Positions 21,801 to 36,901 of a stretch of 45,896 bases of DNA are shown in pieces (positions within the stretch are counted from its first letter, which is position 1; each line of letters opens with the position of its first letter). The translations under genes were made by a program, and so were the position numbers. This DNA is from Moniliella sp. 'wahieum' (taxonomy: Eukaryota): NCBI GenBank assembly GCA_003971905.1, contig RSEE01000074.1, positions 310,001-355,896 on the forward strand. Direction: 5' to 3'. Below the pieces are notes generated by a model, which was not told the origin of the DNA, made no database searches, and saw nothing but the letters and a program-made list of their open reading frames with translations.

Positions 21801-22669
21801 AAGGAAAAGAATGCTCCGCATGAGTCTAGTCCGAGGCTGAACTTTGACCGGTGGCCGCGTATGAGCTCAACGGATCGGAGGCATGTGGGTGCATCTGGTC
21901 TACGTGCTCTGTGTCAACGCCATTATGTATGCCGCTGATCACACATCACACATCGCGCTGTTTTATCCGACTCTCCCCTATGTTCTGCCCCTAACGGGCT
22001 CCTCTCTTGGAGTAGGCTCATCGCCTCTCTCGTTCTCCCTCTCTCTGTAGACCTTGCCTTCTGTTGCACTCTGCAGTCCACCATATGCTGAGTGGCGATG
22101 TGATATAGATATCGGAAGGATCACAGCGATCAAGGCTTACTAATGCGAGGCCGAGGCGAACAAGGCAGCCTGCTCAGTCTGAGCACTCAGTGCCTGCCTC
22201 GCCGTCAATACCCGTGCGTAGCCTCGGCCAACGGGGGGAGCGGATGGCAGACCGAGGAGCGCCAGGCGCGGCTGCGTATCGCCGCTGATGCACGGATGCA
22301 TATCGCCGCGCACATTGCTTGGGTGCGTGGGAGGGGGGCGGTAGCTTGGGCGGGCTCGGACATCGGATGGGCGGCCGATTGCCAAGTCTTGGCATGCACG
22401 TCGCGCTGTCATGCACATGCGTGTCACACGCATGTCCCACACCCCACCGTCACATAGTGACAGTTCCGATCTAACCCGGTCCGAACAGGCTACCCCACAA
22501 CAAGACCAGCGATCGATGATCCGTCAGCTCCCGACCGGTGACCAGTGGCGGGGGTTCCTGTGATGCTGTGCTGGTGTGGCAGGGGTGGCCAGGGCCAGGG
22601 GCACCTGGGGGGCTGGCTAGGAACTAGGAACAGAGGGGCGTTGGAATTGTCTGAATCTTCTCCATGCTG

Positions 22670-23700
22670 TTACATATCAGTGGCCCTGCTATATATCATT
22701 GGCACAGCTTGAGGCGGGTCAAATAGAAACGCTACGCCTAAACCGACCTGCTCATCCGGTGGTGTTGCTCGTTGGGCCACACACCCGTTAAAAGAAAGCA
22801 GAGGAACCGCCAGCAGAGCAGGACCCTCTCTCGCACCCTCCATCCGTTTCCAGGCACGAGGTAGCGTGCGGCGATATGCGGGTGAATGTGGTAGATATCC
22901 GAGCGGTGAACGTTGAATCATCTCCATCGCGACTAGGTAGTTAATTCCTTCTAATGTCCTATGATCATGCTCGCCGTTTTGTCTTGTGACATTGTATCCT
23001 CGTGTCATCGATCATCAATACCAAGGGGGAAGAAGAGTTCTTGGATGCGGCCGTGGTAATATATACTTTTCATGGCGTTCTTGTCGAATTCAGCTTGTTC
23101 CACAACAGCTGAGGAACGGCACAGGGTACGGAGCTGGATTAGGGTTAGAGCCGAAGGCACACTGCTGATGGGATCGAGGAGAGTCAGGTGTGGTTGAGCG
23201 CATTGCTGTGCTCGACATTGCGACCGTCGGCATCGTCGAATTTGTTGAGCAGTTCTTGCCGGCTCGTCCCCATCTCCCGACAGAGCGCTTGCGCTGCATC
23301 GCAAATGGGGGTTCGTCGTGCGTGCTTCTCCAAGGGGGCAAGAAAAGCGGCAATAAGATATTCATTGGTCTCATTGGCCGCAGTACGTCGTGTGTGAGGG
23401 GCAATATACGAGTAACAAAGCGGGCTGCCGCATTCTCCCATTCGGATAGGCAGGGTCATGAGCATGTCAAAGTGATCCTACTTCGTGCCATGGGGTTTCT
23501 GACTTCATCGCTTCGGATCAGTCTGAAATCCGTGCAGATGAAGATGAATGCGCCAATCTCGGCTAACACATCATCCAGATCCCCCTCGCTCTGCGTGCTG
23601 AGCAAGCGGTGCAGCTTTTCTGAGAACCGTACCACCATAGTAATAGGTGCCCCTCCTGCGGAATGGTGATGCCATCAAACTTATGTTGGGCATATGTCTT
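22670..23700 (-). CDS. Hypothetical protein, frameshifted (repeat-associated; unknown family; start uncertain)
   Basis: Overlapping minus-strand ORFs (23456-23638, 23184-23465, 23005-23304, 22670-23008) chain into protein-like sequence. The C-terminal part has a diverged in-window paralog. Confidence 0.5.
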
Positions 23701-24022
23701 TCTGCCTTAGGTTGCCTAACTTGGCTCGGGACCACGATACGATCGGCTACTATCCTCCCCCCCCCACAATAAGCATATACCTAGGACTTCGATCTATCCT
23801 CCCGAATCTGGTCCCGGTCCCGTTCGACACACTGGCGCAGGTTGAGTGCGAGAGGCCAGATGTGTCTTCTTCTAAAATCTCCGCAGCTCGGGGCGGTAAT
23901 GCCTTTACCGCCCTGTCTCTTTTCCGAAAATGCGATGTCGTCTATATAGATAAACAGGGGAGGGAAGGAAGATGGGGGTGGAGGGGACAATGATAAAATA
24001 CCTGGTTAGTACGTACTAGTTC

Positions 24023-24178
24023 TGTAAGACCGGAGGAACCCAAGGGATTGGGTGAAGAACCTCTGGAAATGTAAAGCAATGCAATCGCGATGGTGGTGGT
24101 TAAGGTCTAAGCCTTGTGCCACACTAGAGACAGGGGTTCAAACAAGCCTGAGTATACATGTGGAGGCTTCGGAGGACA
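24023..24178 (+). mobile_element. Dispersed TG...CA repeat (putative solo LTR, copy 2; empty site for the tRNA-LTR)
   Basis: TGTAAGACCGGAGGAACCCAAGGGATTGG...GTCTAAGCCTTGTGCCACACTAGAGACAGGGG...GGCTTCGGAGGACA; highly similar to the reverse complement of 10901-11221. Confidence 0.75.
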
Positions 24179-24432
24179 AATCAGGGGTGAAGCTTGAAGG
24201 GTAATGAGGCGCCTTGGCCTAGTAAGTACGGGACCACGGGTCCCAACAAGTTCAACCCAGCTGCAGAGAAACTTCAACACAGTCAACAACTTTTGGGGCG
24301 CAAGCGGTTCATCATGCGGATAAGAGTTTTTCTATGTCTTGAAGAGAAGACAATGAACTTCGAGGGAAAGCAGCACAGTAGCGTGGCGTAAATCTTTCGA
24401 CGTTGCCAAACCTATGCGTTCCTCTCGCATCG

Positions 24433-25284
24433 TCAACCCTGTTGGCGTTGACCCGAGTCATAAGAGGCCAAAGCCTCTGTCAGCTCCTCGAGGTGCGTTT
24501 CGAAAAGCTCATTGCGGCCCTTGAGCCAAACCAGGAGATCTACCGCTTGGTGCAGGACCGCCGCCTTGGACCCCTCCTTTCCCCCCGCACTGCCACCGCG
24601 GCCACGACCGGGGACCTGAAAGGGTGAAATCCTCTGGTGCTTCAGCCTACAATACAATGCGCATCTTTGACATGTATACGTGGGAACAAGCGGATTTGCA
24701 CGCACTCGTTTTCCCCCACCGTGGCCAGGCAGGGGGGGGAATGGCCAACGTCTCTCCAACACTTCCAGGCCCGGACCACTTCTCCCTGAACCAGGTGCAG
24801 AATCGGCTCCGACTCTTCCTCGTCCAACCGATTGTCCTCGACTTCCAAGTCTACGCCTGTCCCGGCGGCCGAGGCATGCCCAGCGATCGCGCTCCATACG
24901 CTCTCCCCAGCTGCAACAGTTCTCTCACTTCTTCGAGACCGCGACGGATGTTCTCGCGGAGCAGGTGGGATCGCGTTGGGTGCAAACCCTTGGTTTCTTC
25001 CATTGCCTCTTCTTCTCCCTCTTCCCTATGGGTCGAGTCTGGTCTTGATCGCGGCTCGCTGCTGGCAGGGAGGTATAGTTGACCGAACCAAGCTGCGGCG
25101 CCTGCACACAAGCTCGTCCAGCGGCGAGGGGTGCAACTCCGGAGTACCGGGTGCGATGGTACCAAGACATAGAGGAGATGGGCGTATCCGTGCCAAGAAT
25201 AGTAGGCGTATACGCCTCTAACCAGGCCTCAACCGAGTCGAAGAAACCGTTCGGTGCGCGACCGGACTTGCCGTTAGCGCCCAT
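24433..25284 (-). CDS. bHLH transcription factor, Ino4-like with long loop (frameshifted)
   Basis: Basic region/helix 1 HLLRENIRRGLEEVRELL; helix 2 GSKAAVLHQAVDLLVWL followed by a zipper-like RNELFETHLEEL. Confidence 0.6.
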
Positions 25285-25870
25285 AGTTCATTTTGTTGTG
25301 TGCGCTACACCATTGTTGTTGTGACTGTCATCCTGAATCGATGGTTCGAGGGGTGCCTGGCTTTTGTCTGTATATGTCTCATAGGCGCGGTGACGCTTCC
25401 CTCCCGTACTGCACTCCTATCGCTATCAACTCCTGTTGCATTTTATAATAGCGTGTGGCGTCTTCTCATTTTCTCTTCACTTACGCCAACAACATTCGGT
25501 GTCCGAACAAGTCTATACTCCATAGACTGACCTTCGGCCACCATGATATCTGAGATCTAACATCTGAGAAGCCGTCAGAGCGTCAACGTTCAACTGAGCT
25601 ATCGTTGGTCACCGTGCCCCGGTTCGGATGGCGTCGCATTTGCGCACAGACGGCTGTGCTGCACCAAAAGGAATACGAAAGAAGCCGGCGCGGGGTTTAA
25701 TTTTGCCAGAGCCCGCGGAAACGCCGGAAGGCCGTAATTAATGAGAGGGGCGGAATTAGACAAGCTTCGGGCATAGTTGAGGCCGCCTGTCTACTGTGCA
25801 CAACTATCGAGGGGGTCGCACTTCCTACACCCGGCCACACCACCTTCTCTGCACCAGTCTTGCCGCTACT

Positions 25871-28254
<2,384 letters not shown>

Positions 28255-29323
28255 GTGCTACTATCTAGGGCCATCACGAGGCTCACCCACCGCTTGCAAT
28301 ACCACACACTACTAATTCAGAACATCACCTTTCCAGGAGACCACCGAGGGCATTGGTGAGGGTGTTGTAGCGACGCCCTGGTCCACTCGGCTATAGAGAC
28401 CGCATGGATGCTGAAGCGTTTGGGACAGTAGCGTAGCGATCGATTGCGGCGAGAGATAGGCGTTGGTGGTAGGAAGAAGCAAGGGCTACAGGAGAAGGCT
28501 ACTAGTCGTTGGCTTACGCTGGTACGCGCATCAGCAGTCTTCGGAGCCCGCGGAGCCTCGGGGCTAATGAGGCCGGAAGTGCACCGCGATCGGTGAAGCC
28601 AGTCACCGTCGCGACAGTGTAACCACTCCTTACGTAGTTACTTTTTGGTAGGTAACCGGGGTAATCGGTAACCGTAACCGGTAGGCCTAAGGCCCAACCG
28701 CGAACAACAGAAGACGTTAGAGATACGTGTTTCTAAAGCCGTAACGAAATTGGTCACCTTCCACTAGGATGTCAGGGACATCAATATTCACTGCCATTCT
28801 CCCCATAATCGGCCCTTGATCTAAAGGATGTTAATGTGTTCCAAATGTCGCGACAACGCGCCGATAATGGTCATGTCGTCAATACTGTCGTCAGTATAAC
28901 GATTAGTATTACGCTAGCCCCGTTGGCCGCCCCAAGCGCGCAGTGCGCAACATTTTGGTATCGGATTCTCTGTTATCGACTAATCATTAATCACGTATCC
29001 CCCTTTCAGGCCAAGGCCCGAGGGAGGCACAATCGCGAGTCTGGAGAGGGCAAGCTGCGGTTCTGAGCCAGCATAGGGCAGCAGGCGCGGCCCCCAAGTC
29101 ACTAGTTCAGCGTTCAGCTGTCTGAGCCGCCGTCGGCTGACGCGCTGACGCGTCACACACGGAGTACGGAGCTCTGAAGCTGAAGAAACGCTGAGCACTA
29201 TTTGAAATTCACTACTTTATACTCCCCTCCTACTCAACTTTCGGCCAGCGTAAGGCCACACTCCATCCATTTTCCTGGCTGCTTTTATCGCTCTTCCATC
29301 ACCTTTCCCCACACACTATCGCC

Positions 29324-31810
29324 ATGTCCGTCAACTCGCGGGGCCAGTTCTCCGCTCCCGGTAGCGTGCCCCGTGATTATGGTCTGCTCCAGGCGCCGAG
29401 AACTACCCTTAGACCGTTCCATGGTCCGGACGACAGCCTCGCCCAGTCCGACGAGGCCGCTGAACAGGGTGAGCTAGACGAAGCTCGGCGGGCGGTCGAG
29501 CGGTATTCCCAGTCAGGCTCTGTGTTTGACCCGCACTTTACGCCCACTGCGTGATGTGGGGCATGCCCTTCATCGTGCCGACGCACCCCTGATCAACACC
29601 CATCCCACCTTGCTCCACCCGGTCATGGCATGATGGGGCCAGCATTGCCCCCTCAGCCAGTGCGAGCAGCCGCGAATCTTCGGTTGAGCGAAACAGGCGT
29701 TCCTATGGAACTCATGCCAACCTATGGTGATGCCTGCAGGGCGGGGCCGAGCATCCGCCCCCACAAGGCGGCAGTTTCCGCTCTTCCTTTTTGAGCGCCA
29801 GCCACAGCCCGGGCGCTTCGAGCATCACGAGGAGGTACCGCGAGATGATCCTCGGTGGCGAACCCAACCCGCCTCCGATTGAGCAGGTACAGCAACAGTA
29901 CCTTCAACAGCACTACCCCCCCGGCCAATTGCCCCCCGAGGGATCGGCGACGGGTGCTGCCCATCACCCGGGCATCGTGCGCCGCCGCAGCTCATTCCAG
30001 CAGCGACTCGGTGGAATGGGTGCACCCATCTCCGAGCGTCGCTGGTCCCGCAGCAGCAACGAAGTTATTCCACGCCCGGCCGATGTGGCTCAGACCAAGC
30101 AACAGATCCGCCGCTCCAGCATTGCACCTACTGACGTTGAGCGGGTAGGTGGCCATGCTCATGACGGACACCACTGGTGTCTGACGCGCCCACGCCTTCG
30201 TACGGGGGTGCGCCCTTCCCCGTTGTGCCCAATGGCCAGGGCGCGAAACCCACTTCTTCGAGACCTGAGCAACGGAAGACGCCGAATCGGTCACGTCGTC
30301 AGACGAATCTTTATCCCAAGCAATCCCTGGCCCTGGGGCCGCTAGAGAAGAAGCCAAGACATTGGCGTGGTACACTGCACCCATCTTGGGAACTCATTTG
30401 CTTGAGCTGTCGCTCAGCGTGGTGACCGTCTTTGCCATCGGACATCTTGGCACAACTCGTACGCATCCCATTCTACTTGTTTGACGGGATCGAGGGATCA
30501 TGGACTGACACTGCTGAAATATCTGCCATTCAGAACTGGCTGCCGCCTCTCTTGCTTCCATGACGGCTAACGTGACCGGCTTCTCTATTATTTCCGGTTG
30601 GGTTTCTGCCCTCGATTCGCTCTTACCTGCGGCTTATAGCTCTCCTCACCCGCACACAGTGGGCATTTGGACCCAACGCATGTGCATCCTAATCGCCTTC
30701 CTCCTATACCGATCATCATCACTTGGCTCAACACTGAACGACTTCTACTTGCTCTGAGCAAGACCCTGAAGTGTCCGCGCTGGCGGCGCGGTACCTCGAA
30801 GTACTTTCCCTTGCTCTCCCTGCCTTTGGTGGGTTCGAAATCATTCGTCGCTACCTCCAAGCATTGGGTCTTTTCCATGCACCCACCATCGCTGTCGCCG
30901 TGGCTTCGGCATTCAATGTACCCGCGCAGATCCTACTGGTCTACGGACCAGACCGGATCCGACTGGGTTTTATTGGTGCGCCAGTGGCCAGTGTGCTGTC
31001 CTACTACATCATGCTTGTTTTTGGTTTGTTCCAATGCTGGGTGGCCCCTCGCGATGCGTGGCAAGGCCTCACGCGTAAAGCGCTTGAGGTCAAGGGTTTG
31101 GTCGATGTTTGGAGTCTCGGTCTCTCATCGACGATCGCGATGGCAGCCGAGTGGTGGGCATGGGAGGTGGCGAATCTCATGTCATCCATGCTGGGAACGT
31201 CGGCGCTGGCGGCGCAGTCTGTACTGCTGGTTACTTGCAGCCTGACGTATCAACTACCGCTTAGTGTCAGTGTCGCATCGGCGGTGCGGATCGGTATCTA
31301 CTGGGTGCCAACCAGCCTACTGGGCTGCCCTCTCCACCCGTACTGCTATGGTAGGCGCATTAGTTTGTGGCCTGCTCAATTCCTCGGCGATGATTCTGTT
31401 CCGGAACCAGTGGGGGTGGATGTTCTCCTCTGACCCCAACTAGTGGCGATGATTGCAACGATTATGCCCTACGTGGGCGCGTTCCAGATTGCCGACGGGA
31501 TCTGTGGTGTCGGCGCCGGTATCCTCCGTGGCAGCGGACGGCAGAGCAAGGGCGCGGTGATCAACCTCTTTGCCTACTACGTGGTTGGATTGCCCATTGG
31601 CGGCGCGTTGATGCTCTATGCGGATTGGGGGTTGCAGGGAATTTGGCTTGGCTTGTGGATCGGTCTCATGGTGGGTGCCACTGGATTTATTGTGCTCATC
31701 CTCCGCACCGACTGGGGGAGCGAAGCGGAGGGCGTGCTAGCCCGAATGGCGGAAGATGTGGGGTCGGAGGCTGAAGCTGAGGCTTGTGCGGAAGATGAGC
31801 TGGAGGAGAG
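29324..31810 (+). CDS. MATE-family efflux transporter (ERC1-like; intron ~30459-30533; frameshifted, stop uncertain)
   Basis: Long disordered N-terminus; IGHLGTT/ELAAASLASMTANVTG, ALDSLLPAAY, RRYLQALGLF, EWWAWE, SVASAVRIG, DGICGVGAGILRGSGRQSKGAVINLFAYYVVGLPIG. Confidence 0.9.
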
Positions 31811-32394
31811 GTGCGTTCGATTTCCAGGGAGTAACACTCCTGGTATCATCAATTTCACCTGTATACATTGCAGAGATCCGAAGGATTCCACGGAGGGTTT
31901 ATACGTTGTACACAGTCCTCGATTTCATTCGTCCATGCTGAAATCTCGGCCCATGCCCTCGCGTTTACGTGGGAGATGCCCCCTGCCCTTCTTTGATCGT
32001 GCTTTACTGCTTATGTTTGAGCGCACGTCTCGTCGTGGTCGCAACATCGTGCTTGAATGGATGGCAACACAGCTAGATGGTCGAGTAGGGCGATGGGCGC
32101 CCGTAATTATGGGCTGCTCCAGTGCTGCATCGCAGGAGGACAGTGTGCGGCTGCTAGGGTTGGTCACAGTGCTGAGCTGCGCGCCGGGTCGGGTCGGACC
32201 GGGCTATTTTGTAAGCACGAATGCGCGGGACCAGGCTGGCGCCATGCGGGGCGAAGGACGGGCAGGGGGCCAGCGAGCGGGCGCAGGAAGGGCTTCTCCG
32301 GCTCAGCGCTCCCGCTCTCGCTCGGTGCGCCGCCAGCAGCGCAGCCGCCGTCCCACCACCATCGGCATCTGCCTCTTCGCATCGCCTGCTTGCC

Positions 32395-32950
32395 ATGCTC
32401 TCTGCCCTCCGCCAGGCTGCCCGCCGCGCCCCGGCCCAGGCGCGTGCCATCCACTCTTCGCCCGCGCCCCACAACGTCGAGGCTTACGTCGCCAAGGCCA
32501 AGGCTGCTGGCCTCAACGTTGCGCGCCAGACCGAGGGTGCGTGTTTTGTCTGGTCTCTCTGCTTTTTCCTCCCACTAACTTGCATTGCTGCACAGCTGTC
32601 GCTCAGCCGGCGTGGTACTATGCCAAGGTGGCTGGTGAGGTGGCCAAGCAGGTGTACCAAGGCCAGGCTTGGCGCCCCCGACCAGCTTTGCCCAGATCAA
32701 GGCGGCGTACCAGACGTTTTACGCCAATGCTTTCAACATTGGCTGGTGGAACTCGATCGCCGCCAATGGCCAGTGGAAGACGGTGGCGCTGTATGGTCTT
32801 GAGGCCTACGGCTTCTTCAAGGTGGGAGAGATTGTGCGTAGCCCCCTTTCCTCATAGTCAAGGCTTCAGCAGAAACTGACGTCAATTCACCCCCTTGCGC
32901 AGATTGGTCGGAGGCACCTTGTGGGCTACAAGGTCGACACTCACCACTAA
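32395..32950 (+). CDS. ATP20: Mitochondrial ATP synthase subunit g (two introns)
   Basis: Presequence MLSALRQAARR; YYAKVAGEVAKQVY, APP, YGLEAYGFFKVGEI|IGRRHLVGY (GExIGRR..GY subunit-g signature). Confidence 0.92.
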
Positions 32951-33440
32951 AGAGTGTGTCCCTCGGTCTCCCTTCCCAGGTGGACAACGAGAGAGATACG
33001 GCAAAATTGGTCAGCGTGGTCCTTGCATTTATTCGGCCCACCTCGGTGCACTGCCCCTATCATTCTTTCCCAGACGGGGTCTCTGGGATCCCGTTGCACG
33101 CGTCCCTCCCCCCGTTGCCCGGCTTCGACGCCTACCCCAAAAGGATGCTCCGGCGGAATACAGAAGACGGCCATTTGGTCTTTCGAGCCTTCCATGCCCT
33201 CTATATGTGTGCAGCTGCGGCCTCAGATAGCTCAGAAGAAGGATATGTATAGACGTGGTATGGCCGTGAAAACGGAGAGAGGGGAAGACGAGAAGCAGAC
33301 GAGGGAAGGGCGTGTCCGAAGGGAACAGAGAACCTTGCAAAGAGTAGGGAGGGTGTGACTGGCAAAGCAGTGCGTGGAGGAAGGCAGAACAAGCACGGAT
33401 GCAATGCCATCAGGGTGTACCAGCAAAGCAAAGCTGGGCT

Positions 33441-36436
33441 TTAGAAAAAGGACCACTTGGACTTGGGCTGCGAACGCAATGGTACCGTCTTGCCCTGGTA
33501 GAGATGGAGGAGCGAGTCGAGCTTCTCCTGCACCAGCTCCAGCTTCTCTTTGCGTCCTTGCAGATCCAGGTGATCCCGCACCACCGGGTTCTCCCGCGCA
33601 AACGACTCCACCTCTCCGCGGTTCAACTCCTGGACCAGGCGCGTGTCAGCTCGCGCGGGAACTGGTAGAAGAACTCGGCGAGCAACTCAATATTGATAAA
33701 CATGACCGAGGTGTAGGTCAACTTGTCCGCCACTACATTGAGGAACGTCTCGGGGCAGTACGCATCACTTTGTACCCCAGGTCCGGCCTTGCATCGCTTG
33801 GAGCCCAATGACTTTAACCGCCTCTTTAGGATGTCAGCCCGAGCATCGAGGAAAATGGCTTCGCGGGCCTTTCCGAGCAAAGCGGCGTTATAGTCGGGGC
33901 GAAGAGGGTCGTCGGCCTCCACGTCCTCGTCGACGGCAGGAGCAGTGTCTGGGTGGCCGACGTTCTTTGATCGCCCTCCAGCGAGCGGCGGCGCGTTGCC
34001 GCTGCCGCTCGTCCAACTCCTTCACATGGCTCACCGCTGCATTCAAGCGCGACCTGCCGATCGTGGACCGGAGACGCTTGCCCGCTTCAGAACACATGTC
34101 CAGTTCCCGTTGCAAGAGGGTCATTGCATCGGCGCGTCCCGCGTCCCAGTCCCGATCCTCAATCTCCACTTCGTACTTGAGCGGCTTGATTGCATTCTCA
34201 ACCTGATCCGCGTTAGCGTAAACCGTTCCCGCAGAATGCCCGCCGCCAATGCCTCGATCCGCTCGGCAGTGGACTGGTGGTACGCAAACGGCTCGGAAAC
34301 GAGCAGCCGTTCCAACTCTGCCCGGATCGCATCCACAACAATCTGAGTGCTGAGCCGACCAATGCCGGCCTTGGTCAGGGCTGAGGTCGACGCATCCAGC
34401 TTGTACGTCCAGTACCGATCCAACGCGGCGTCAATCTTCTCCTTGTCCTCGGCCGTTTTGGGTGGAGGGAGCATCTTGGCATCCCCTGCGGCGCACAGCT
34501 CAAGGGTACGTGTCAGACCAGTACATCTGAGCCAAAATGTCGAGAACCTTTTCGTCCAAGGCATGTTTAGCAGTGCACGGGCTTGAGGCTTGCCCAGTTG
34601 ATCGGCAAGTAGCTGGAGACGGTGCTTGAGCGCATCGATCGTTTCGGCAACATATGCCTCGGCCGAGATGGCACGGTCATTGTACTGCACCTTGAATGCA
34701 TATGCCGCCTCCTCCAGCTCCATCTGCACCGCCGTTGATACATCTTGCAAACTCGACCCCATGCTCTCTTCCAGCACTGACATCAGCCTCCGCCGAAGGG
34801 CGTCCGTACCTAGCAGTGGCTCTACGCCAGCGTGCCGCCCCTTAAGCGGTGGCTGGAACGCCACCGCGTTCTGGGCGAAAAAGTCATCTCTTGTTGTTCC
34901 ACCGAGCCAGTCAACGACGACACGCCCGACCGCATGGCTGCGGGCCAACCGACTCTTAATGGAGAAACTGGGTTTTGGCTACCACACCCACATAGCCCAG
35001 CGCAAGAGGGTACCGATTGCCTAAAGAATCGATGCGCCCACTTCGGGGGGAACAAGGTCCATCTTGGTGATCACACCAATGGTGCGAAGGCCAAGTGGGT
35101 CGACCTTACGGCTGGCCCGCAACGCAGGCGAGTTGGCCAAGTCCACATCTGCCGCACAAACCGCGAGGATCACATTGTTGGTCGAAGGAGCAATGTACTG
35201 CTCGCACAGTTTCTCAATCTTTTCCCGCAATTCATCTGGTTGATCCATCCCAGCCACCTGGACGTAGCCGGGCAGGTCGATCATGCTCAGATCGGGCACG
35301 TGGGGTGAGTGGATGTGGAGTTCGATAGGCACGTCCGACACGGCTTGCTCCTTAGGCACAGCCAAGTTCATATCCCGTAGTCTCTTGGATCTGCGGAAGT
35401 CACGATCGGGCCCAAGCCCGTACCAGGGAACTCACCGTACTCCACCACGTCCCCCTTCTTACCCGTCGCCTTGGTGTGGATCAAGGTCAATTCGATGGGC
35501 CGACGGGTAACCATGTTGGAGCCCTTGGGCAAAAATTCATGACCCACAATCGCCTCCAGCACCGAGCTCTTTCCGCTGCTCTGGGAGCCAATCACGACAA
35601 TCGAGGGAAGAGCAATCTCTTCGCCGGTATGATCAATCGTCTTGAGGATGTTGCGCACCTCGATCAACTGACGTGTGAGGTGCATCAGACTTGCAGCGCT
35701 ATCTTCCGAGTCGAAAGCTTCTTCATCCTCTCCCGCTTGCTCCTCCTCACCCGATTTAGCAAAAAGAGAGGCAGCCAACGCAGCTGCTGGGCCTTGCCCC
35801 CAGGCCCAGAGGAAGACGAAGAGGAACCGGAGAGTTGGCACCTGATCCAGATTCGTCTGTGCTTCCCAGGCTTGCAAAGAAGTTGGCGCCCGCTCATGCA
35901 TCGAGCTAGCGCGATCAATCCACTCGTCTCGGGCTTCCTGGGCCGCCGTGAAGTCGAGAGAGTCGACCCAAGCACCGAATTGGGCTTGAGCCTCAGAGGT
36001 CCACGCACCAGCTGTACCAATCGCCTGAGCAGCCATACCCTCGGCAGGAGATAGTACTCTTCCAACCTGGCACGTGCGTCATCGAGCTTACCACTGGCAT
36101 AGGTCAAAACCCCAGCCCCTGTGATGCCAAGCGCAGCGGGGAGGCGGAGGAGACGAAAGGCGAAGCGGGGAACAAAGCGGAAGCTGATTGCGCGCACACT
36201 CATGTGTCGCATGACGGGAGATGTGAGCGGAAAGGGTGCACCCATGGGACGTGGGCGGACGGTGAGAAGCGGGGACGGGCAGGACGCGCAAAGAAAGCAG
36301 ATGCGGCGCGCGAAGATGTGGGAGCGGGGCGCAAGGCGCCAAGGCCGACGCCGACGCCACTACGAGCAGCGGACACCGACGCAGCCAGGGGCGTACGGGC
36401 CGCGCGGGCAGCCAAACGCATTCCCTCAGCACGCAT
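33441..36436 (-). CDS. MGM1: Dynamin-related mitochondrial GTPase Mgm1 (frameshifted)
   Basis: [111 protein letters not shown]; mitochondrial presequence. Confidence 0.95.
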
Positions 36437-36901
36437 GGGAGCAGGGAATGGTGAGGGCGGCGATGGGGGCGATGACGGTGGTGGCGGTGGCGGTGGGAAC
36501 AGACAGCAGAGGTGGCACCGCTGCTGCAAATATGGTACTCGCCCAGCGCGCAAAACAGCAAAGTGGGTCGCCATTGAAATTGCACCCGCGATCACTGGCC
36601 CCATGCTGCGTTGCCCCCTTCGATGATGCAGATGACGCGATGACTGGCCTCGTGCGCGCGGCGCCCACCCAAGGCGCAGGTTATGGTCTCGTGATTCTTC
36701 TGTGTCTTCCCGAAGATGGTGCCGACACAATCACCCCCCTCATATACCGACATCCTCAACTACTTCCACATCGTCGGATGGTGGATGAAATCCATACATA
36801 GCCATGGGAGAAGAACAGACAAAACACGATACGACGGCGCTAATAAGGAAAAGCGACTGCCAGATGGCACAACATTGGCTCGGATAGCTACGCCCGGCGA
36901 G

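Noticed and set aside
31443..32879. 478-aa MATE-ATP20 fusion ORF
   Set aside because: Read-through caused by indel errors and GC-rich intergenic DNA; ATP20 has its own ATG, presequence and introns.
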